DNA of 64,000 nucleotides from a virus (Duplodnaviria > Caudoviricetes). The DNA lies in IMG/VR virus record IMGVR_UViG_2548877036_000005, positions 1 to 64,000 of that record. One strand, 5' to 3'. Shown here piece by piece: positions 57,411 to 64,000 of the stretch (its first letter is position 1; each line of letters starts with the position of its first letter). Made by a program: the position numbers and the translations under genes. The notes beneath the pieces are model-generated. The model did not search any database. It was not told the origin of the DNA and worked only from the letters and a program-made list of their open reading frames with translations.

Positions 57411-60400
57411 GTATGCCAAATGGGGAAGACGGTTTAGATCCGGGCGGCTGGCTTTTCCCTTTCATCAATAAAGCTGACATGACGAAGCTTCCTGCCCGAA
57501 CCCAGGATGCGATTACGGAGTATTTCGCTAATCAGGTTCAGAATGATACGGGCTGGAATGCGGCGTCATCCACTTTCTTTGACGTAATTCTTCACGGGTT
57601 CCGAAACCTTGGCGAGTTCATCACACTGATTGTTCAGGCTATTACGGGCGCCCCTGGCGGTTTAACGAATCTTCAGGAGTTTCTGTCTGACCGCTGGGCT
57701 GATGTCGCAGCTGGTATGGAAGCGGCGCTTGAAGCGCTGGAGAAAATCGCCGCCCTGTTCGGGCTGGACGGGTTCATAAAGAAATCCATTCTGCCTCTGA
57801 TTGGTCTTAGCCAGATTACGGATGAGGAAGATAACATTCTGGTTGCCGGTAATTTCGGCCCAGATAGCGTGGCGGGGAATCCGGTCTGGTCGTATGAGTC
57901 CGGGGTTTCTCACACCGCTGACGGCACTGGCAGTGTGAAAGTCGTTGCTGATGGGACTAAAAAGTCTCTGCGGTCGAACGAGATCAGGGTTAACCCTAAG
58001 CAGAGCTTGTCCCTTGAAATGTTCGTTATGTGGTCGGGCTATTCCGGCACTGGCTCGCCTATCAAATTACAGCTTGTCGAATATTCCGGCTACGGCGACA
58101 CCGCCGTCCAGACCGGCATTAAAGACATTGCGACTTTGAATCCTCCGGCTAGCGCTGGCTCCTGGCGCCTCATGTCGGGCAACTATGTGGTCCCGGATGG
58201 TGTGCAGTCAGTAAAGGTCCGCATATTCATCACGCGCGATGCGCTCACAGGCACATTCAACTTTGATGACGGTGTTGGTAAAAAGACCAATAAGATTCAG
58301 CAGAGCTGGATTTCCGGGTTCGCCGAGACATTACAGCAGGTCACCTCTCAGTGGCAGTTGTTACTTGACACGATTGTTAACGCACTCGGCCTGGGCGGCG
58401 CTTTACATACATTAGAAGACCTCGCTAACGCAATCAAGAATATACCGCTTTTCAATATTCTCGGTTTCGGCGGTCCGAGCGATGCGCTGACCTCCTTCCA
58501 GGATTTCTTGTCTCACCTGCTTGGCGGTTTGCAGGGCAGCGGCACACCCAATACGACTGGCGGTTTCGCGGACCTGCTTAATGTCACGAACATTCTCGCC
58601 GCCATGGCGGGGATGGGTGAGTCGGCGTTCCAAATCTTGAGTAACCGCAATAACACATCTATCGATTCTGGGCTACTGCCTTCAGGTAGATCAAATTACG
58701 GTTTAACGAGCGCTAATACAACTATCACGGCAACCCAGGCAGCGTCGCGTATTGCTGCGCTGCGTATTGAGCAAGATATAGCCGTTGGCGTTATTTCCTG
58801 GCTGGGTGCAGGAACGTCTGGTATGTCCGCCTTCTATATCAATATTTGGAAGATGAACGCCGATTCCGGCGACCGGGCTCTGGTTCATCATTCCCCTAAT
58901 ATTCTTGCGGATATTGTGCCCGGAACCACTCCGGGATGGAATTTCTATCAGCTGGATACGCCGTTTGACTGGAAAGCCTCAGAAACTTACGAAATTGAGT
59001 GGGTTCCGGTAGGCGGAACTCACTACATGCGTGGTATTTCCACCGAAGACAACATACCTGACCATCCTTTCGCAAAGGTTCAGGGTCTAGCTTCTACACG
59101 CGATAACTCATCTTCGCCGAATTCGCCGCCCACGTCTATTTCTAAGGACAGCGTTGTTCGGTCTGGCGATATTCCGTGGGTTGAGATCGCGATAGATACA
59201 GGTAATGGCGCTGGCTATTACGACCCGATCGGTGGCTACGTAGTCGATTCCGGGGACATTCAGATTCCGGCTTGGGTGAATTTCGTGGATGTCACCGCTG
59301 TTGGTGGTGCTGGTGGCGGGCAGATGGGCCTGACGTTGGGTTTCCATGGCGAGCCGGGATCTCCGGGTTTGTATCAGTCAACGACTTGGCAGCGCGGAGT
59401 CCATTTCGGTGACGACGCTGTTATCACCTTCACGAAGGGTGTCGGCGGTCTCGGCGGACATCTAGGCCATGACGACGGCGCTGACGGTACGGCGAGCACG
59501 TGGTCTATTCCGGGTTACAGCATTACTGCCGAGCCAGGTGTTGGCGGCACGGAGTTGCAGTTCGGCGGGAATCCGATTGGTCGCGGCCCTGGCCCGTACT
59601 CGTATAAGGGCGAGCCCATTGTTGCCGGTGGCGACCAAAGAATTCCCGGTGCCGATGGCGTGTCGCCAGGTGGTGCCGGTAACGGCGGAAACAACCTCAC
59701 TTTCCAGTCCGCTGGTAAGGGCGCGGACGGTGCCGGTTGGTACCGGTTCCGGCAGAACCCGCTAGAGGGTGAAGAGGTTGTTGGCGGTCCGGGCCAAATC
59801 CATGTGGCCGGTATTGAATCTGCCGAGGCGTTCGGGAAGCCCGTCATGTCTGGCGGTCTATCGATGCTGCCTTTGGAGGACCAGGCGGCTATCGATGCGA
59901 TAGTGGCGGCGAACTTGACCGCACCTGGCGCTGTTTTGGCAATTCAGTCTCCGGACGGCTACTACACGAAAGCCTACGGAAAGGTTTCCACTGCTGCTGG
60001 CGCGCGCGCGGTTACACCAGCTGACCATTTCCGCATCGGGTCGTGCACTAAATCGTTTACGGCGACCATGATTTTGCAGGCAGTTGACCGTGGCTTGTTG
60101 TCGTTGGATGACCCGCTGGAGAAGTTCCTTCCGGGCGTCCCTGGCGGGACGAAGATAACCATCCGGCACATGCTGTCTCTGCGGTCGGGTCTGTTCAATG
60201 AGCAAACTGACCTCGGCATGATGATGCGCTACTTCCTGATGCCGACTTCCGATTGGACGGATGCGGAAACGCTGGCGATTGTCAAGCAGCACGAACCGGC
60301 CTTTGAGCCCGGCCAAGGTTGGGCGTATGTGAACTCGAACTATTTCCTGCTGGGAATGATCGTTGAGATTGTTAATGGGCGCCCTGCCCGCGATGTGGTG

Positions 60401-61585
60401 CAGACGGACATTCTTGATCCGTTGGGTTTGACGGAAACCAGTTGGCCTACAACGGCGAAGATGCCGGAGCCGTATGCGAACGGGCATGCGTGGGCGACCG
60501 GAATATTCGGTGGTGGGGCGTGGCAGGACGCCACAGAAACCGGGCCGGGGTATGCGAGCGCTGCCGGTGTCATGATTTCGACAGCACCCGATCTGCTTCT
60601 GTGGGCTAAGGAGCTGCGGGACGGGACTTTGTTGAGTCCCGAGTTGCACAAGATCCGAACTCAGTACTACTGGCCTGTCCCGTGGGGCAATGATGATCAG
60701 CTGAATTTCTATGGCTACGGGCACGGCATGTTTGAGCTGGGCCAATGGCGCGGCCACGGTGGTTCGTGGCGCGGATACGAATGCTCTGTCTACTACCTGC
60801 CGAACGGCACATTGTTCGCGATGGTGGAGAACGCGCAAACCCCAGTCGTTGAGGTTGAGGTTTCGATGATGTTCAAGATAGGCAAGTATTTGTATCCGGA
60901 TTCCTTGGATGAGCAGGATTACCGGGCCAATAACCTGGTATTCGGTATTCCGTCGCGGGAGTCCGTTGGTAAGCCCCTGTTCGGCGATATTGATGTCAAG
61001 TTCGATAATAAGAGTGACACCGATATTAGCATGGCGTCAATTCCGGAATTTACTATTGCGGACGACGCGAACCTGGTATTCGCGTATGTCACCGCTGATG
61101 GTGGTACAGATATTTCTGGTATGTCACTGAAGATTGGTGGCGTCACCATGAATAGGCTGCCCGACATAAAAGTTGGTACCAGTAGTTTGTTGGTGTTTTG
61201 GATGTTAGATCCGCCTACTGGCGCGAGGTCAATAAAGATCATCGGGGCCGGATACGGCGTCTACTATTCCACCGGCGCTGCCTCGTATAAGTTGGCTGCT
61301 CCTGCCGGTATTGGTACGCCTTCGGTGGCTACCGGGTATGGGTCGTCGGCTTCTGTGACTACTACATCGAATGCCCATGGCATGAGTGTCAACGCCTTCT
61401 TTTATGACGGGGTTCGTACTACCTATAACAAGACCGAGCGGGGCTATCGGGATGCTGTGGCGTTCAAGAATAAGGGCCTCATTTTCGGTGATGCTCCTGG
61501 TGGACCTGCGACATTCACAACAACTTTGGCGGCGGACGGCAAGTGGCTCGGTGTAGCGATACCAATTATTTCTAACGCTGAATAG
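57407..61585 (+). CDS. Minor tail protein with Gly-rich region and serine beta-lactamase/D-Ala-D-Ala carboxypeptidase domain
   Basis: FRIGSCTK (SxxK), YVN (YxN), GHGG. Confidence 0.88.
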   Translation: MSMPNGEDGLDPGGWLFPFINKADMTKLPARTQDAITEYFANQVQNDTGWNAASSTFFDVILHGFRNLGEFITLIVQAITGAPGGLTNLQEFLSDRWADVAAGMEAALEALEKIAALFGLDGFIKKSILPLIGLSQITDEEDNILVAGNFGPDSVAGNPVWSYESGVSHTADGTGSVKVVADGTKKSLRSNEIRVNPKQSLSLEMFVMWSGYSGTGSPIKLQLVEYSGYGDTAVQTGIKDIATLNPPASAGSWRLMSGNYVVPDGVQSVKVRIFITRDALTGTFNFDDGVGKKTNKIQQSWISGFAETLQQVTSQWQLLLDTIVNALGLGGALHTLEDLANAIKNIPLFNILGFGGPSDALTSFQDFLSHLLGGLQGSGTPNTTGGFADLLNVTNILAAMAGMGESAFQILSNRNNTSIDSGLLPSGRSNYGLTSANTTITATQAASRIAALRIEQDIAVGVISWLGAGTSGMSAFYINIWKMNADSGDRALVHHSPNILADIVPGTTPGWNFYQLDTPFDWKASETYEIEWVPVGGTHYMRGISTEDNIPDHPFAKVQGLASTRDNSSSPNSPPTSISKDSVVRSGDIPWVEIAIDTGNGAGYYDPIGGYVVDSGDIQIPAWVNFVDVTAVGGAGGGQMGLTLGFHGEPGSPGLYQSTTWQRGVHFGDDAVITFTKGVGGLGGHLGHDDGADGTASTWSIPGYSITAEPGVGGTELQFGGNPIGRGPGPYSYKGEPIVAGGDQRIPGADGVSPGGAGNGGNNLTFQSAGKGADGAGWYRFRQNPLEGEEVVGGPGQIHVAGIESAEAFGKPVMSGGLSMLPLEDQAAIDAIVAANLTAPGAVLAIQSPDGYYTKAYGKVSTAAGARAVTPADHFRIGSCTKSFTATMILQAVDRGLLSLDDPLEKFLPGVPGGTKITIRHMLSLRSGLFNEQTDLGMMMRYFLMPTSDWTDAETLAIVKQHEPAFEPGQGWAYVNSNYFLLGMIVEIVNGRPARDVVQTDILDPLGLTETSWPTTAKMPEPYANGHAWATGIFGGGAWQDATETGPGYASAAGVMISTAPDLLLWAKELRDGTLLSPELHKIRTQYYWPVPWGNDDQLNFYGYGHGMFELGQWRGHGGSWRGYECSVYYLPNGTLFAMVENAQTPVVEVEVSMMFKIGKYLYPDSLDEQDYRANNLVFGIPSRESVGKPLFGDIDVKFDNKSDTDISMASIPEFTIADDANLVFAYVTADGGTDISGMSLKIGGVTMNRLPDIKVGTSSLLVFWMLDPPTGARSIKIIGAGYGVYYSTGAASYKLAAPAGIGTPSVATGYGSSASVTTTSNAHGMSVNAFFYDGVRTTYNKTERGYRDAVAFKNKGLIFGDAPGGPATFTTTLAADGKWLGVAIPIISNAE

Positions 61586-61611
61586 CGTATTTTTGGGGGA
61601 AACAATTTCAT

Positions 61612-62010
61612 ATGGTTAATGCTCTATACGATAAGGGGCGCCAGGCGTTTCTGGATGGCCAGATTAGTTGGTCTAGCGACAATATTAAGGTCGCGGCGGT
61701 TGATGCGACGTATACGCCGAATATGGCGACACACCAGTATTTGTCTGACATCACTGGTGTTGTCGCTACTTCGGCGAATCTTTCAGGTAAGTCGAGCACT
61801 GGTGGTGTCGCGGATGCTGCTGATATTACGTTCCCATCTGTTACGGGTCCAACAATTGTGAGGCTCATTGTTTACAAAGACACAGGAACGGCTGGCACTT
61901 CTCCGCTCATAGCGGCTATTGATACCGCCACTGGTCTGCCTGTCACTCCGGACGGCACGAATATCAGTGCCACTTGGTACAACGGCGCTGAGCGCCTGTT
62001 CAAGTTGTAG
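61612..62010 (+). CDS. Tail-associated protein
   Basis: NALYDKGR...DAADITF...GLPVTP.G.NI. Confidence 0.7.
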   Translation: MVNALYDKGRQAFLDGQISWSSDNIKVAAVDATYTPNMATHQYLSDITGVVATSANLSGKSSTGGVADAADITFPSVTGPTIVRLIVYKDTGTAGTSPLIAAIDTATGLPVTPDGTNISATWYNGAERLFKL

Positions 62011-62018
62011 GGGGCGTT

Positions 62019-63410
62019 ATGGCTACTGGCTGGTGGGTTGAATTCTTTTGTTCGCCTGTAACAGCCACTATCGCCGTTTCGGGCGGGGTTCCTGGCGTGA
62101 GTGTCACGCGCGACAATTACGTGTTCCCGGCTCCGGCGACTCTGGTGGTCGCTGGAGCCGAGCCCGCGATTATTGGTCCGCCGCTGCGGCCCGGATCAGC
62201 CGATTTGGTGCTCACCCCTGGGGCGCCACTGGTTCGGGTTGGGCAGGTATTGACCCCTGATGATGCGGAGCTGGCGGTTACTGGCGGCTCCCCGGTGGTG
62301 GTGCAGTCCAGCAATAACCTGATCATTCCGGCAGGCGGAACGTGCGCACTGGCTGGCGGCGCCCCGACCGTACTTACCGGGCTGGTACTCACCCCGACTG
62401 GTGCGACTCCGACCCTTACGGGCGGAACACCGCTCATCGCGGCTCGTATTGTGCCAGCGGGCGCTTCACCGACTCTTACGGGTGGGCGCCCGTTGATCAA
62501 CGTGAATTATCCGCCGCCTACGGTGCAGCTCACCGTTACGGGTGGCCGTCCGCTGATCCTGACGGGTGTGGCTCCTGGGGGTGCTACAGCAACCCTTACG
62601 GGTGGCGCGGGATCAGTCGGCCTGGGTGTCACTGGGGCACCTGTTTCACTGACGCTGACAGTTGGTTCGCCGCGTATTGCATCCACGATTGCCCCGCCTG
62701 GGGCTACTCCGACACTGACTGGCGGAAGCCCACGAATCGATACGAAGATAGCCCCAACAGGGACATCCGCGTCGCTGACCGGTGGTACCCCGATTGTGAC
62801 GAACGTGTCGAACGCTTCGTACATTTCGTCGGCTGGGGCTGCGGCCTCCTCGGTCACCATCCCCACCCATTCGGTTGGGGATCTGATCGTTCTGTTCGCG
62901 TACAACCCGTTCTCAACTCATGCCCCCACTAAGCCCGCAGCGGGTGGGACGGTACCTGACTGGGAATACATAGATCCCGGTGATAGTGCTAGCGGGTCAG
63001 GTTGCGTGACGGCGATGTTCAAAGCCACAGCAACGAACACCACGTCAGGGTCGTGGGGTACCGCGTCGCACTTGATTGCGGTAGTGGTGCGGAATCAGAA
63101 CGCAACGTCACCGATTGGTGGTCATGCTAAACAGGCCGGTTCTAGTGCTACATCCACGGCCCCTTCAGTACCTATGAGTCACACGGATGGGTCGTCGGTC
63201 CTGTTGCATTTCCATGGACATTCAAATCTTGGTTCAACCGGGTGGGATGCGGCACCGGCTGGTTATACACGGGGCGCAACATCGGGTGCCGCTTTTAGTT
63301 CGGCGACGGCACTGAATTACAAGAACATAACAACTTCTGATGGCTCTGTGGGTCAAACGGGCGGGCAGAACACGAGTTATGCGGCTGCGACTGTGGAAGT
63401 CATCAATTAA
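62019..63410 (+). CDS. Minor tail protein with LTGG.P repeats
   Basis: About 20-aa beta repeats; IPTH.VGDLI C-terminal domain. Confidence 0.75.
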   Translation: MATGWWVEFFCSPVTATIAVSGGVPGVSVTRDNYVFPAPATLVVAGAEPAIIGPPLRPGSADLVLTPGAPLVRVGQVLTPDDAELAVTGGSPVVVQSSNNLIIPAGGTCALAGGAPTVLTGLVLTPTGATPTLTGGTPLIAARIVPAGASPTLTGGRPLINVNYPPPTVQLTVTGGRPLILTGVAPGGATATLTGGAGSVGLGVTGAPVSLTLTVGSPRIASTIAPPGATPTLTGGSPRIDTKIAPTGTSASLTGGTPIVTNVSNASYISSAGAAASSVTIPTHSVGDLIVLFAYNPFSTHAPTKPAAGGTVPDWEYIDPGDSASGSGCVTAMFKATATNTTSGSWGTASHLIAVVVRNQNATSPIGGHAKQAGSSATSTAPSVPMSHTDGSSVLLHFHGHSNLGSTGWDAAPAGYTRGATSGAAFSSATALNYKNITTSDGSVGQTGGQNTSYAAATVEVIN

Positions 63411-63446
63411 TACAACTGAATAAATATAACTGAATAGGACAATTTA

Positions 63447-63878
63447 ATGACCGCTGGTAACTGGACGTTCACTAATGGCGGGCGCACTAGGCTCCTTAAT
63501 GGCACTTTCGATATCGACTCGGATACTTTCCGGGTCGCTCTTGTCACCTCTACATCGAATATCGGTGCATCGACTACCACTTGGGCTGGTGTCACAAATG
63601 AGGTGGCCAACGGTAACGGATACACCACTGGTGGTATTGCTGTTACTTTGGTTCTTTCTGGAACTACGAGTGTCACTGCATCGTTTTCGTCTAACCCAAC
63701 TTGGACTGCTTCGGGTGGAAGTATTACCGCGCGATGGGCGGTGTTGTATGAGCTTGGCGGGGATGTCTTGTGCTATGTGCTATTGGATAACACGCCCGCT
63801 GATGTGGTTACCACTAATGGTAACTCGCTGACGATTGACAGTGACGGCTCGCCTGCACCTGTATTTACGTTGGCTTAA
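63447..63878 (+). CDS. Tail-associated protein
   Basis: D.DSDTF.VAL...NEVANGNGYTTGG. Confidence 0.7.
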   Translation: MTAGNWTFTNGGRTRLLNGTFDIDSDTFRVALVTSTSNIGASTTTWAGVTNEVANGNGYTTGGIAVTLVLSGTTSVTASFSSNPTWTASGGSITARWAVLYELGGDVLCYVLLDNTPADVVTTNGNSLTIDSDGSPAPVFTLA

Positions 63879-64000
63879 AGCGTATGAATGTGTTCGCTGG
63901 CCCGCCCGAATTGCATTGCCCGATTTGTGATGGGCGTGTTGGTTGGGGCGGGCATGAATCAAGTTTCCGGCATCGTACGCACCTGCTTTTGATGGCAGCT

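Larger units (their letters stand above)
307..64000 (+). mobile_element. Temperate siphovirus prophage (continues beyond window)
   Basis: Integrase, repressor, replication, terminase, portal, capsid and tail modules in canonical prophage order. Confidence 0.95.

Noticed and set aside
59858-60900. Beta-lactam resistance gene
   Set aside because: The SxxK domain is fused inside a virion tail protein, as in other mycobacteriophages; the minus-strand 326-aa ORF is a shadow

Overview
Almost the whole window (about 307-64000) is one temperate actinobacterial (mycobacterium-like) siphovirus prophage. It was inserted by a large serine integrase into a host ssbB-like (Rv2478c-like) gene. Gene order is: attL, integrase, two membrane genes, immunity repressor, then a long rightward early operon (exonuclease, Rad52-like annealase, DnaB, WhiBs, Pnkp, SSB, MazG-like, RNA ligase, RecA, ClpP-like, nucleotide enzymes, HNHs). 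A 2.8 kb tRNA/ncRNA island follows, then a leftward operon of small genes, the probable packaging end, and head and tail genes. Lysis genes and attR are not in the window. The most striking signal is RNA-based. A DUF2828-type helical+vWA protein (Ro60/TROVE-like architecture, inferred) is followed directly by three stem-closed RNA units that share ACAGCAATT and YGGWTARAGG. One unit contains a near-perfect circularly permuted tRNA, as in bacterial Y (YrlA) RNAs, but without the usual Ro-binding signature. The phage also carries a second permuted tRNA-like element, several anticodon-less tRNA mimics, a candidate ~850-nt structured RNA and a Pnkp/RNA ligase pair. All family calls are by motif recognition and all RNA structures by manual pairing; no searches or folding were run.
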